The notes below the pieces were generated by a model. It made no database searches, had not been told where the DNA came from, and saw nothing but the letters and a program-made list of their open reading frames with translations. Both the position numbers and the translations under genes were made by a program. 64,000 bases of DNA from Alphaproteobacteria bacterium MarineAlpha5_Bin7 (GTDB lineage Bacteria > Pseudomonadota > Alphaproteobacteria > HIMB59 > GCA-002718135): assembly GCA_002938195.1 (NCBI GenBank), contig PTKX01000003.1:5454-69453 (forward strand), given 5' to 3'. This document shows positions 1 through 10,978 of this stretch, one piece after another. How positions within the stretch are numbered: position 1 is the stretch's first letter; every line of letters starts with the position of its first letter.

Positions 1-169
1 TAGCTGCACTCACTGAAATTTGTTGTCCTATAATTGAATTTATTAAACAATGATAATAATTATTATTTATTGATAAATATTCTTTTGGATAATTTTGAAT
101 TATATTCTTTAAAATTTTATCATTATTTGATAGGTACAATTTACCTTTATTCCAATAATTAGGTTTCAT
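1..169 (-). CDS. N-terminal 56 codons (runs off the window edge) of an HhH-GPD family DNA glycosylase, AlkA / 3-methyladenine glycosylase II-like
   Basis: Not in the ORF track because it is truncated. The reverse strand from ATG at 169-167 reads MKPNYWNKGKLYLSNNDKILKNIIQNYPKEYLSINNNYYHCLINSIIGQQISVSAA with no stop down to position 2. The SIIGQQIS..AA segment resembles the start of the HhH-GPD fold. Confidence 0.45.
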   Translation of the reverse strand, partial: MKPNYWNKGKLYLSNNDKILKNIIQNYPKEYLSINNNYYHCLINSIIGQQISVSAA

Positions 170-356
170 TATGAATTACTATAACAAATTAAAACAAATA
201 ATATATTATTTGAATTATATTTTTGGTATTTATTTATGGATATTAGTTGTTTACTCTTTTTTTCGCTATACAGGCCTTATTAAATCATCGCCCTTGGGTA
301 AAATTTTATTAATGCCAATAAAATCAATTATTAAGTTATTTTAATTAAAAATTTGA

Positions 357-1250
357 ATGTATTTATATTATTTTTTGGCTTTATTAGCTGCATTTAGTTG
401 GTCTATAGCTTCTTTAATTTCTACTGATATAACAAGAACTCTAGGCAGTATAAATTTTAATAGATTGAGATTAATTTTTGTATCTATAATGCTTATTGCT
501 TATGCTTCATACCAAAATACTTGGGATACAATACATTTTGAATATTTAAATCTAATAATACTTTCTGGTATAATAGGTATTTTTATCGGTGATACTTTTT
601 TGTTTGTAGCATTAAAAAAAATTGGGCCAAGAAGAAATAATATTTTATTTTCATTAGCTGCTCCTTTTACTGTTATTTTAAATATTATAATTTTAAAACA
701 ACAAATGACAATAATAGAAATATTTGGTTGTTTAAGTGTTTTTTTTGGTGTTGTAATAGCAATTTCATATGGTGATAATAAAAATAATAAACATAGATGG
801 GAAATAATAGAAGGCTCAATTAAAATTGGAATAACAATGGCTATATTAGCTGCACTTTGTCAATCAATAGGCTTAATTATGATGAAACCAATTTTAGATA
901 AAGGAGCTGATCCAATAGCATTAGCTGCAATTCGAACAACAATATCTGCATTTTTAATTTCATTCACTTTTATTCATAGTTTTAACAATTTTTTAAATTC
1001 TGCTGTTTATACTCCTGCAATTATTTTGAAAATTATAATCAGCGGTTTTTTAGGGATGGCATTAGGGATGAGTTTATTATTAATAGCTCTTCAAAATGCT
1101 GATGCGGGTATAGTGGCCACACTGTCATCAACTAGTCCTATTATGGTTTTATTTATTCTTTGGATTTTTACTAAAAAAATACCTAATTTTGGAGCTTGGA
1201 TAGGCACTATAATTGCTATTTTTGGAACTGGTTTAATTTTTATCAACTAA
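357..1250 (+). CDS. EamA/DMT-superfamily membrane transporter
   Basis: 297 aa with about 10 hydrophobic helices arranged as two EamA-like halves (AAFSWS..., [14 protein letters not shown]). The stop overlaps the aspS stop. Confidence 0.75.
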   Translation: MYLYYFLALLAAFSWSIASLISTDITRTLGSINFNRLRLIFVSIMLIAYASYQNTWDTIHFEYLNLIILSGIIGIFIGDTFLFVALKKIGPRRNNILFSLAAPFTVILNIIILKQQMTIIEIFGCLSVFFGVVIAISYGDNKNNKHRWEIIEGSIKIGITMAILAALCQSIGLIMMKPILDKGADPIALAAIRTTISAFLISFTFIHSFNNFLNSAVYTPAIILKIIISGFLGMALGMSLLLIALQNADAGIVATLSSTSPIMVLFILWIFTKKIPNFGAWIGTIIAIFGTGLIFIN

Positions 1251-3008
1251 AATAATGCCTAATTCGTCTAGTCTTTTTTTGTCAACTTTAGCAGGAGCCT
1301 CCATCATTAAATCCATTGCTTGTTGATTCATAGGAAAAGCAATAACTTCTCTTATATTGGGCTCATCAGCTAATAACATTACAATTCTATCAATTCCAGG
1401 AGCACTTCCTCCGTGTGGAGGAGCTCCATACTTTAGCGCATTTAACATTCCTGAAAAATTTTCTTCAACAAATTTTTTACTATATCCAGCAATTTTAAAT
1501 GCCTTATACATAATTTCAGGATCATGATTTCTTATTGCCCCGGAAGATAATTCTACACCATTACATACAATATCATATTGATATGCCTTAATGTCTAATG
1601 GATTTTTATTATTCAATGACTCTAATTCACCTTGTGGCATCGAAAAAGGATTATGACTAAACTGAATTGTATTTGTTTTTTCATCCAATTCATACATTGG
1701 ATAATCCACAATCCAACAAAATTTAAATGCATTAGACTCTAATAAATTAAACTCATTACATAATTTATCTCTTACTAATGCAGAAAATTGTTGTGCATAT
1801 TTAATTTTATCACAAATAAAAAAAACTGAGTCACCATTAGATAAATTTATTTGTTCTAATTGGTCCTTAGATAAATTTTTAGCAATAGGTCCTTTAAATT
1901 CGTTTTCATAATAATTAATATAACCTAAACCAGGAGCTCCTTCATTTTGAGCCCATAAATTTAATTTATCAAAAAAACTTCTTGGTTTTTCTTCTGAATT
2001 TTTTACTATTATACCCTTCACTATTGCGCCTTCAGATATTTTATTAGAAAAGATTTTAAAATTTGAATTTTTAAAAATTTCAGTAAAATCATTAATTATT
2101 AGAGGATTTCTTAAATCTGGTTTATCAGATCCATATTTTTCAAGGGATTCAATATAAGGTATCTTGGGAAAAGGATACTGACTTACTGTACATTCTTTAT
2201 CCTTACTATAATTTTTATTTTCTTCAAAAATTTCATATAGTACTGGTTCTATAGATTCAAAAACATCTTCTTGAGTAACAAAACTCATTTCAAAATCCAA
2301 TTGATAAAACTCTCCTGGCGATCTATCTGCCCTACTATCTTCATCTCTAAAACATGGTGCTATTTGGAAATATTTATCAAATCCAGCTATCATCAGAAGT
2401 TGTTTAAATTGCTGAGGAGCTTGAGGTAATGCATAAAACTTACCTTTATGTATTCTAGAAGGAACTAAATAATCCCTAGCCCCTTCAGGGGAAGCTGAGG
2501 TTAAAATAGGAGTTTGGAACTCAATAAAGTTTCTATCATTCATTTTTTTTCTAATTGAAGAAATAATTTTGTTTCTTAAAAGAATATTTTTATGAAGTTT
2601 ATTTCTTCTTAAATCAAGATAACGATGTTTTAATCTTACATCTTCACCATAATCTATATCCGAATTTACAGGTAGGGGTAAAGTTAAGGATTGAGACAAT
2701 AAATTATATTCATCAATGTTGATTTCAATAAATCCAGTAGAAAGACTTTTATTCACTGTATCTTCTGATCTTTCAATTACTTTTCCTATTACTGTAATTA
2801 CAGATTCTAAATTTAATGCGCTAATTTCATTAAATTTTTTATGTTTAGCGTCAATAACACATTGAGTAATCCCATAATTGTCTCTTAGATCTATAAATAA
2901 TAAATTTCCATGATCTCTTTTTGTATCAATCCAGCCAGAAATAGTGACTAATTCATTCAAATTATTTTTGTTCAATTCTGAACAATTATGTGTTCGGTAT
3001 TTATGCAT
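1233..3008 (-). CDS. aspS: aspartate--tRNA ligase
   Basis: 591 aa with class IIb motifs: [14 protein letters not shown]-like ([19 protein letters not shown]) and [14 protein letters not shown]-terminal OB fold ([19 protein letters not shown]). Confidence 0.97.
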   Translation of the reverse strand: MHKYRTHNCSELNKNNLNELVTISGWIDTKRDHGNLLFIDLRDNYGITQCVIDAKHKKFNEISALNLESVITVIGKVIERSEDTVNKSLSTGFIEINIDEYNLLSQSLTLPLPVNSDIDYGEDVRLKHRYLDLRRNKLHKNILLRNKIISSIRKKMNDRNFIEFQTPILTSASPEGARDYLVPSRIHKGKFYALPQAPQQFKQLLMIAGFDKYFQIAPCFRDEDSRADRSPGEFYQLDFEMSFVTQEDVFESIEPVLYEIFEENKNYSKDKECTVSQYPFPKIPYIESLEKYGSDKPDLRNPLIINDFTEIFKNSNFKIFSNKISEGAIVKGIIVKNSEEKPRSFFDKLNLWAQNEGAPGLGYINYYENEFKGPIAKNLSKDQLEQINLSNGDSVFFICDKIKYAQQFSALVRDKLCNEFNLLESNAFKFCWIVDYPMYELDEKTNTIQFSHNPFSMPQGELESLNNKNPLDIKAYQYDIVCNGVELSSGAIRNHDPEIMYKAFKIAGYSKKFVEENFSGMLNALKYGAPPHGGSAPGIDRIVMLLADEPNIREVIAFPMNQQAMDLMMEAPAKVDKKRLDELGIILVDKN

Positions 3009-3020
3009 AAATTGAGTTTA

Positions 3021-3656
3021 TTACAATAATTCTCGAATCAATGGTATCGTTAATTGTCTTTTTTTTTCAAGAGATAATTTGTCAATTTTTTCAACTAAGC
3101 TATAAATATTTTCATATGTGCGATTAATCCTTTTCAATATAAAACTAAAAATTTCTGAATTATGAATAATTATTTGTTTATCTGAAAGTAATTTAATTAG
3201 TAAATTATGTATTAATTCATCATTGGGTATATTAATATTAATAAAATTAAATGATTTTAACCTAGAAGATAAATCTAAATATTTAAATTTATAATCATTC
3301 AATAATTTGTTGGAAGTTAATAAAATTTTTAGATTATGGTTAGCACAATGATTGATAATATGAAATAATTGTTCTTCATCTAAGTTTTCAAAAAAATTAT
3401 CAATAAAAATATTTTTACGATTATTCAATGCGTATTCATATTTTTTATCATTAAAAATAATAGCATTATTATTATTCTTCCAAATTAACCCTAAATGAGT
3501 TTTGCCGGATTTATTTGGACCAAAAATAATAGTCTGTTTAATTATTTGATTATTTGAAGTAACATAATTATAAGCTTCGATATTTGGTTTTGAAACATAA
3601 AAATTTTCTATATCTAATTTAGAAGGAATATCATAATCAAAAATCTTTTGTTTCAT
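3021..3656 (-). CDS. hdaA: DnaA-related regulatory inactivation protein (Hda/HdaA-like)
   Basis: 211 aa with Walker A GPNKSGKTHL and an Hda-like size. The N-terminal QKIFDY resembles a beta-clamp binding motif (QL[SD]LF type). Its start overlaps the upstream stop by 1 nt. Confidence 0.65.
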   Translation of the reverse strand: MKQKIFDYDIPSKLDIENFYVSKPNIEAYNYVTSNNQIIKQTIIFGPNKSGKTHLGLIWKNNNNAIIFNDKKYEYALNNRKNIFIDNFFENLDEEQLFHIINHCANHNLKILLTSNKLLNDYKFKYLDLSSRLKSFNFININIPNDELIHNLLIKLLSDKQIIIHNSEIFSFILKRINRTYENIYSLVEKIDKLSLEKKRQLTIPLIRELL

Positions 3657-4705
3657 TATCCTGCACTATCAATGATGCATTCATCTTCATTAGAAATATT
3701 TATATCAAACAAAGATAAACTTTTTTTAAAAATTGAAAAATCACCATAATAATTAATTTCCTCAAGATTGTTATTCAAAGCGATAGATAAATAATTAATA
3801 TTACGAATTTGACTTAAATTTTTAATATTAGATTTAATATTCATTAAATCATTATAATTATAGCTCTTAATATAGCAATTTAAAGAATTAATTAAATTGT
3901 TATTAATAAGATTTTTATTTTTCCACCAATTATTTAAAAAAATAAATATTTTTTCGTAGAAATTTTCATCGTAAATAAAATTTTTTTTATCAATAAAAAT
4001 TATTTCATTATTGTCTATGTTGTAATAATTAAAACTTATATCAATATGTTTATTATTTTTCTTTAATTGAACTATTATAATTTCATCTGAATTATATTTC
4101 TTGGAAATATTTTTAAGAGATGATTTATCATTATTTATTATTTTTTTGTATGGAATAATAAATCTATCATTTGGGCTTAGTTCTGGGTAAAAATAATTAA
4201 ATAAACTATTCATATTATTTTGAATTTGATATTTGTAGAAAATATTTTCATTACTTAGACCTAAATTGAGAAAATCTTCACTGTAAGATGAAATCAAAAG
4301 TATATCATTTGAAAAAACATCAGAGTAGTTAATCTTATTATTTCTTAATATTTGAATTAATTCCTTTTTATCAAAATTAACTTTAACATCTGCTATATAT
4401 TTATTTGATGTTATTAATTCATTTTCAATAATAATATTTAAAATAATTTTTTCTAAATTATAAGAATAATCATAATTTTTTAAGAACTTATTTTTATCCT
4501 CAGTTAATAAAATTCTATCTAAAATATTGTTAAAACTCTTTATTTTAATAATCTCAATTTGAGTAGTTTTAGTTTTAGCTGCATTAATAGTTTTTTGATT
4601 TATATTATGAAATGAAGTTTCATAAATATTTTTACTATACGAAGTATAACTTAATAAAACGATAATAAATGTAATAAAGAAATTCATAATAATACTTTTA
4701 ATCAT
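3656..4705 (-). CDS. exported hypothetical protein (possibly DUF2066-like)
   Basis: 349 aa with an N-terminal hydrophobic signal-like segment (FFITFIIVLLSYTSYS). It is N/I/K-rich and has no catalytic motif that I recognise. It fills the gap between ndk and hdaA. Confidence 0.5.
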   Translation of the reverse strand: MIKSIIMNFFITFIIVLLSYTSYSKNIYETSFHNINQKTINAAKTKTTQIEIIKIKSFNNILDRILLTEDKNKFLKNYDYSYNLEKIILNIIIENELITSNKYIADVKVNFDKKELIQILRNNKINYSDVFSNDILLISSYSEDFLNLGLSNENIFYKYQIQNNMNSLFNYFYPELSPNDRFIIPYKKIINNDKSSLKNISKKYNSDEIIIVQLKKNNKHIDISFNYYNIDNNEIIFIDKKNFIYDENFYEKIFIFLNNWWKNKNLINNNLINSLNCYIKSYNYNDLMNIKSNIKNLSQIRNINYLSIALNNNLEEINYYGDFSIFKKSLSLFDINISNEDECIIDSAG

Positions 4706-4756
4706 ATTATCTATTTAGTTATGTTAAAAAAAAGATACTTATTAAAATGATTGTTT

Positions 4757-5173
4757 TTAATCAAAAATTTCAGCATCTTCAAAAAAGAAATTGATCTCTT
4801 TTTTAGCATTTTCTGATGAATCTGAACCATGAACAGAATTTTCCTGCACATTTAATCCATGAATTTTTCTTATTGAACCAGCTTCAGCTTTTAATGGATC
4901 TGTAGATCCCATAATTTTTCTGTATCTGTTGATTGCATCTGCGCCTTGTAAAATTTGTACTATTACAGGAGCAGAAGTCATGTATTCTATTAGATCATTA
5001 AAAAAAGACTTATCAGAGTGTATTGAATAAAATTCTTTTGCTTGGTTCTCAGACAATCTAATTCTTTTTTGAGCAATTATTCTTAAGCCTCCTTGCTCAA
5101 TTATACTATTAATAGCTCCAGTTATATTTCTCTTCGTTGCATCTGGTTTTATTATTGAAAATGTATGTTCCAT
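4757..5173 (-). CDS. ndk: nucleoside-diphosphate kinase
   Basis: Matches [12 protein letters not shown]...NSVHGSDS (active-site His in NxxHGSD). I place the start at the internal Met (5173), which gives a canonical N-terminus 1 nt after the pepA stop. The track start at 5200 adds 9 non-conserved residues. Confidence 0.94.
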   Translation of the reverse strand: MEHTFSIIKPDATKRNITGAINSIIEQGGLRIIAQKRIRLSENQAKEFYSIHSDKSFFNDLIEYMTSAPVIVQILQGADAINRYRKIMGSTDPLKAEAGSIRKIHGLNVQENSVHGSDSSENAKKEINFFFEDAEIFD

Positions 5174-5174
5174 A

Positions 5175-6650
5175 TTATTTTTTAGAAAAAAATTTGTCAA
5201 TTAATCTAACTCCAAAAGCCGTAGCACCTGGTGAATGAACTTTTGAAATTGAATTTTTTCCACCTTTCATAGTCCATGATACTCCAGCTATATCTAAATG
5301 AGCCCATGGTATGTTATTTTCTACAAATCTTTTTATAAAGTGTGCTGCTGTGATAGATCCGCCCCATCTTGTCGTTCCTGTATTAATTACATCAGCTCTT
5401 CTTGAATTAATATCATTATCATATTCATCCCCTAATGGTAGTCGCCAAACATTTTCATTAGCATTTTTTCCTGATTCAAATAATTTATTTGCAAGTTTAT
5501 CATTATTAGAAAATAATCCACCCCTATGAGTTCCTAATGCAACCATAATAGCGCCAGTTAATGTTGCAAAATCAATTATTTCTTTAGGTTTATAATTTCT
5601 CTGAATGTATGTTATGATATCTGCAAGTACCATTCTACCTTCAGCATCTGTATTTAATACCTCAATTGTTTGACCAGATAAACTTTTAACAATATCTCCA
5701 GGCCTCTGTGCATCACCATCTGGCATATTTTCTACTAAGCCAATTATTCCTACAATAGGTTTGTTAATTTTATTCAATGCTGCATTAATCATACTACCTA
5801 CTACTACTGCTGATCCGCCCATGTCGGTAATCATTTCTTCCATACCGCCAGAAGGTTTCAGAGAAATACCGCCGGAGTCAAATGTAACTCCTTTGCCAAC
5901 AAGAATAGTAGGAATACTTTTTTTCTTTAAATTCCATTCAAAAATAACTACCCTAGGATGATTAACACTACCTTTTGATACGCCTAATAAAGCATTCATT
6001 CCTATTTTTTTAATTTGTTTTAAATCAAATACTTTGACTTTTAATCCTGGAATTTTTAACTTTATACATCTATCAGCATATGTAACTGGATTTAATATAT
6101 TTGCAGGTTCAGATACTAAATCTTTTGCAAAGTTAATTGCATATAATAAATTACTATAATAATTTATATTCTTAACTTTAAAGTTTTTAGCACAATAAAC
6201 ATTTACGGTCTTAATAATAAAATTGTTGTTTTTACTTTTATATTTTGTAAAATTATATGATCTTACAAATAAACCAAAAATTAATTCAGCGCTGGCTATA
6301 TTATAAGATTTTAAAAAATTACTACTAAAAACAATATCTAAATTTTCCTGATTTGAGTCATTATATTTATCATAAATTTCTGCCCCTATTTCAATACAGT
6401 TGTCCTTTTTTGGGTTTTTAATCATCAAAATTCTGACATTAAATAACGAACTTGAAGAATGGGATCTTATATATGATTGATAAAATTTTCGATCATTGAG
6501 TATTTTTTCGATTTCTTTGGTTTTAGAAAGTAAATTTGTATCAATTGGCAGTCCTTTAATTGTTTTTAATTCACTAAATTTTGATAAAACTATAATAAAT
6601 TCATTAATTTCTTTGCCAAATTGCTTATGATAATTAATAATAATAGACAT
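5175..6650 (-). CDS. pepA: leucyl aminopeptidase (M17)
   Basis: 491 aa with the M17 signature [12 protein letters not shown], plus [11 protein letters not shown] and MKGGKNS. Confidence 0.93.
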   Translation of the reverse strand: MSIIINYHKQFGKEINEFIIVLSKFSELKTIKGLPIDTNLLSKTKEIEKILNDRKFYQSYIRSHSSSSLFNVRILMIKNPKKDNCIEIGAEIYDKYNDSNQENLDIVFSSNFLKSYNIASAELIFGLFVRSYNFTKYKSKNNNFIIKTVNVYCAKNFKVKNINYYSNLLYAINFAKDLVSEPANILNPVTYADRCIKLKIPGLKVKVFDLKQIKKIGMNALLGVSKGSVNHPRVVIFEWNLKKKSIPTILVGKGVTFDSGGISLKPSGGMEEMITDMGGSAVVVGSMINAALNKINKPIVGIIGLVENMPDGDAQRPGDIVKSLSGQTIEVLNTDAEGRMVLADIITYIQRNYKPKEIIDFATLTGAIMVALGTHRGGLFSNNDKLANKLFESGKNANENVWRLPLGDEYDNDINSRRADVINTGTTRWGGSITAAHFIKRFVENNIPWAHLDIAGVSWTMKGGKNSISKVHSPGATAFGVRLIDKFFSKK

Positions 6651-6652
6651 AA

Positions 6653-7684
6653 ATGAATAAAATAAATTTATATGTATTTAGTCAAATTGTTAAATCTTGT
6701 ACACTAGTTTTTTTCATTTTTGTATCAATTGCCTGGTTGATGCAATTATCAAGATTATTCTCAATTATGAACAATTTTCAAATAGAATTTTTAAATATAT
6801 TAGGCCTTTCTTTATGGTTATTACCAAATTTAATGAATATTACATTACCCTTTGTTATAATTTTTGGTCTAGTTCTGACATTTATTAAATTTCATAAGGA
6901 TAAAGAGCTAATAGCCATATTTAGTTTAGGACTATCCTTAAATGAAATAAAAAAACCACTATATATATTAGTATTTTTTTCACTCTCTTTATACTTTTTT
7001 TTAAATTTCATTTTCTCTCCATATGCATATGAAATATATAAAGTTAAAGAATTTAAATTAAGAAATAATATTGAATTTGATAATATCAATATATCTAACT
7101 TTATAGAAATCGATAAGAATTTAGTTATAGATTTTGAAAATAAAAATAATAAATTTGAAGATATATTAATTAATTTTGTAGATGAAAATAATAATTTTAT
7201 TTATGCAAAACAAGGAAATATTAATACTACTAATGAATTTTTAGAATTTACATTATTTAATGGCTTTAAATTAGTCATCAATGATGATGAAATTGAAAAA
7301 TTACAATTTGATAACTATAAAATTGAGTTTCCAAACAACGTTAACAATGTATATGAAAATTTTGATAAAAATACAATTGGATTATACGAATTATTAGATA
7401 ACTTTAATAATCAAAATATTAAGATATTTACACTACGATTATTTGATGTAGCAATAATAGTCACTATTATTCTTTATTTTTATTTCAGAATTATTAAAAA
7501 TAATAATTATAATTTCAAAAGTTTTTTAATATTTATAATTTTAGCTATAATTATATTAACTATAGATAATTTTGTGGAAAATTTTAATTTAGATTTTTCA
7601 CAATTAATTTCAATATGTATATTAAATATTTTAATTATTCACATAATGGGTTTTTTTTTAAGGATATTAAAAATTTATGAATAA
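6653..7684 (+). CDS. lptF: LPS export ABC permease LptF (YjgP/YjgQ family)
   Basis: 343 aa with 6 TM helices and a central periplasmic beta-jellyroll-like segment. It sits immediately upstream of lptG-lptD and divergent from pepA, as is usual in Alphaproteobacteria. Confidence 0.8.
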   Translation: MNKINLYVFSQIVKSCTLVFFIFVSIAWLMQLSRLFSIMNNFQIEFLNILGLSLWLLPNLMNITLPFVIIFGLVLTFIKFHKDKELIAIFSLGLSLNEIKKPLYILVFFSLSLYFFLNFIFSPYAYEIYKVKEFKLRNNIEFDNINISNFIEIDKNLVIDFENKNNKFEDILINFVDENNNFIYAKQGNINTTNEFLEFTLFNGFKLVINDDEIEKLQFDNYKIEFPNNVNNVYENFDKNTIGLYELLDNFNNQNIKIFTLRLFDVAIIVTIILYFYFRIIKNNNYNFKSFLIFIILAIIILTIDNFVENFNLDFSQLISICILNILIIHIMGFFLRILKIYE

Positions 7685-8759
7685 TAAAATTTTTAATTAT
7701 CTATTTTTAATGAAAATAAAATATATTTTTTTAAATATATTATTTATAGGTATTTTTGTAGAAATTATTAATTTATTAGAAATTGCAAAAATTATAGAAA
7801 AAGATAATTTAAATGTGTTTTTAATTTTTTATTTATCACTATTAAAATTACCATCAATTATTATTGAAATTATTCCATTCGTAATAGTTATCTCGACAGC
7901 ATTTATTTATAGATATTTAATTAATAACAATGAGTTAATATCTATGAGGAATATTGGACATTCAATTATTGATGTATACAAGCCTATTGGGCTTGCCATT
8001 CTTATGGTAGGAATATTAGTTCTTACAATTATAAATCCGATTTCAGCAAAATTTGAAGAAATTTTTAATGATAAAACATCTAAAGATTTTTCCAACATGT
8101 ATTCAATAAATATTAAAAATAATGAATTATGGATTAAAAATATAAAGGGTGAAAATGAAAAATACTTTATTCATATATCTAATATAGATTTAGAGAATAT
8201 GAATGCAGAAAATATTAAGATTATATTAATCAATGATATAAATAATTTATTTTACTCTGCAAAAAATGGTAAATTTGATGGTAAGAATTTTATACTGAAT
8301 GACGTAATAATTTTTGATGTTAAAAATGATAATTACAAAAAAAATAAATCTATCATTTTGGAAATGAATTTTAATAATCAGGATTTGACCGGCAGTATAT
8401 TAAATTATAAATTTATTCCTTTTTATCAATATCAAGAACATCTTAATTCATTAAAAAAATTTAATCTTTATTCAAGTGAAATTTCACTATATTATTTATC
8501 AGAAATTTTAAAACCTTTTTTTCTTGTTGCAATTGGATTTGTGGTGATGGGATTCTCAGGAAAATTTAAACGAAATGAAAATTTTTTTAAAGTTTTATTT
8601 ATTTCTATTTTAATTGGATTTTTAATTTTTTTATTAAAAGAGATTATTACATCTATTACTATTTCTTATAGCATACCATTTATTTTGTCCTATATAATCA
8701 TTTTTTCATTACCAATACTAATAGGATTATATCAAACAATTAACATTGAAACTAAATGA
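7677..8759 (+). CDS. lptG: LPS export ABC permease LptG (YjgP/YjgQ family)
   Basis: 360 aa, paralogous in architecture to the preceding ORF. It overlaps lptF by 8 nt and lptD by 4 nt. Confidence 0.82.
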   Translation: MNNKIFNYLFLMKIKYIFLNILFIGIFVEIINLLEIAKIIEKDNLNVFLIFYLSLLKLPSIIIEIIPFVIVISTAFIYRYLINNNELISMRNIGHSIIDVYKPIGLAILMVGILVLTIINPISAKFEEIFNDKTSKDFSNMYSINIKNNELWIKNIKGENEKYFIHISNIDLENMNAENIKIILINDINNLFYSAKNGKFDGKNFILNDVIIFDVKNDNYKKNKSIILEMNFNNQDLTGSILNYKFIPFYQYQEHLNSLKKFNLYSSEISLYYLSEILKPFFLVAIGFVVMGFSGKFKRNENFFKVLFISILIGFLIFLLKEIITSITISYSIPFILSYIIIFSLPILIGLYQTINIETK

Positions 8760-10978
8760 AATTATTACATTATATAATTATATTTTTAATTTTTTTTATT
8801 CATACAAATACTCAATCTGCAAGAGAGCTAATTATTTATGCTGATTCAATAGACTATGATTCAGAAAAAAATATGATTGCTAAAGGAAATGTTAAAATAA
8901 TTTCGGATTCATCAGAGGTAATTACATCTAACATAATTATTATCCAAAACGAATCTAATAAAATAATCCTGCCAAAAGAATTCCAATATAGAGATGAGGG
9001 TAATAATTATTACTATGGAACTAGTGGGGAATTTGATTCTAATATGGACGAAGCCCTTATAAATGATTTAAAAATTTATTTAAGTGATGGCTCTAGAATT
9101 GTAGGAAAAAAGGGATTCAAAAAAGGTAAAATTGACCTAATTGATAAAGGGGTATTTTCACCATGCAAATCAAAAATTAATATAGCTAATTTTGTGTGCC
9201 CTATATGGCAAGTTGATGGAGAAAAAATATTACATGATAGAAACCAATTATTTATCCATCAAAAACATTCTAAACTAAGAATATTGAATATTCCTGTATA
9301 CTACTTTCCCTATATTATTACCCCCTCTCCATTAAGAAAAGAAAGAAAATCAGGATTTTTAAATCCTTCTATTGGATTCAATTTTTTAGATGCTCAGGTA
9401 GCTCAATCAATAGCTATACCCTACTACTTTGCTATTAGTGAAGATAAAGAATTACTTTTAACCCCTAAATTCAATTATGGAGGTGGGACTGATTCATCTC
9501 AAAGAATTTCAACTCGATATGGTCAAATTACTTCTGGCGGTCATTTTGGCATAACATTTGCTGCAGATACTAATTTAGAAAATGAAAATAATGAAAGTTG
9601 GCTTGATGATGCTAGTGTCATTACGACTTACTCAAATAATATTAACGAACATTTTTCTCTAAATTTTGAATCTGCATTTCAAACTTCTCCTACATATTTA
9701 AGAAGAACTGATCAAAACAATATTTTAAATAGAAAAAACACTCTTACAACATCTTTGAGTCTGGATGGACATGATTTAAGAAAATTTGATGATAAACTTC
9801 ATATTGAAATAACGGGTTATCAAGTCGTTCGAAATAATGAAGATAATAAAACTACCCCAACTACTTTTCCCTATATTAAGTACAATGACGGTACAAATAA
9901 TTATAAAAATATAAAATATAATCAAAAATATAGTTTTTATAATATCTTTAGAGATATAGCGACTGATTCACATGCTCAACAACAACAAAAAATTAATTAT
10001 AACTTATCTACTGACACTGAATTTTATAGATTTATGAGCAAATTAAACTTTAAAACTGAATTATTAGGCCAGTATTATAATATAGAAAATAAGAAAGTTT
10101 ATGGAGTAGATTATACTGGTACTTATGGAAGAGTGTTCCCAATGTCAGGTATATATTTAGAAACTCCTCTTATAGATAGAGTTTCTAATTTATATATTTT
10201 ACCTAAAATATCATTAGTAATAAATGGATCTCAACCCAGTTCAGATAAAGTATCTAATGAAGAATCAACAAACAATTCATATTCATTATTAAATAATTCA
10301 TCATTAAATCGTTTCACTGGGTCAGATAAATTAGATAACAGTAAAAGAATGAATTATGGAATTGATATTAAAAAAGACTTAATTAACATTTCATTAGCTC
10401 AATCTTATGAATTTGATGCTAATAGTAATTATAATAAAGAAGTAGGTTTAAAAGATTATATGTCAGATTTATTAGGAAGTATTTCATATAAAGGTGAAAA
10501 AAATCAAATTGGTGATAGTTTTAGATTTAATGTAGATCAAGGAGTATTACAATCACACACAATTTCATGGACTAATAAAAGTTTTATAGGCACAACATCT
10601 GCAAGTTATTCTGAAGAAAAAGTTGAAAATAATTCAATATTAGAAAAATCTTCTGAAACTTTAAAGGTGAATTATTCTAGTAATAAATTTCTTGATTACT
10701 CAACTATTGGTATTGCAAGTACATTTGATTTAATTAAAGATGATCCGACGAAATATTCTGCTGGATACCAATACGTAGATGAGTGTTTTGGAGTTAATAT
10801 AGATTTCAATAGAAGTTTTTATAGTGATAGAGATTTAAAACCTAAAGATACACTAACAATATTATTTTCTTTTAAGCATTTAGGAAGTTATACATCAAGT
10901 AATTTAGCAGTTTCTGAAACTGATAAACAAAATATTGAATGGAAGACTGGAAGTACAAGTGATTCATTTTTTGATTAA
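8756..10978 (+). CDS. lptD: LPS-assembly outer membrane protein LptD (OstA)
   Basis: 740 aa with a signal peptide and an OstA N-domain (ADSIDYDSEKNMIAKGNVKI). The C-terminal region is long and rich in beta strands. It occupies the conserved lptD-surA-pdxA-rsmA position. Confidence 0.9.
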   Translation: MKLLHYIIIFLIFFIHTNTQSARELIIYADSIDYDSEKNMIAKGNVKIISDSSEVITSNIIIIQNESNKIILPKEFQYRDEGNNYYYGTSGEFDSNMDEALINDLKIYLSDGSRIVGKKGFKKGKIDLIDKGVFSPCKSKINIANFVCPIWQVDGEKILHDRNQLFIHQKHSKLRILNIPVYYFPYIITPSPLRKERKSGFLNPSIGFNFLDAQVAQSIAIPYYFAISEDKELLLTPKFNYGGGTDSSQRISTRYGQITSGGHFGITFAADTNLENENNESWLDDASVITTYSNNINEHFSLNFESAFQTSPTYLRRTDQNNILNRKNTLTTSLSLDGHDLRKFDDKLHIEITGYQVVRNNEDNKTTPTTFPYIKYNDGTNNYKNIKYNQKYSFYNIFRDIATDSHAQQQQKINYNLSTDTEFYRFMSKLNFKTELLGQYYNIENKKVYGVDYTGTYGRVFPMSGIYLETPLIDRVSNLYILPKISLVINGSQPSSDKVSNEESTNNSYSLLNNSSLNRFTGSDKLDNSKRMNYGIDIKKDLINISLAQSYEFDANSNYNKEVGLKDYMSDLLGSISYKGEKNQIGDSFRFNVDQGVLQSHTISWTNKSFIGTTSASYSEEKVENNSILEKSSETLKVNYSSNKFLDYSTIGIASTFDLIKDDPTKYSAGYQYVDECFGVNIDFNRSFYSDRDLKPKDTLTILFSFKHLGSYTSSNLAVSETDKQNIEWKTGSTSDSFFD

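Noticed and set aside
236-283. A 15-codon ORF (MDISCLLFFSLYRPY) in the 187-bp spacer, considered as a possible leader peptide.
   Set aside because: It has no ribosome-binding site, no run of regulatory codons and no adjacent attenuator hairpin, so it is indistinguishable from chance.
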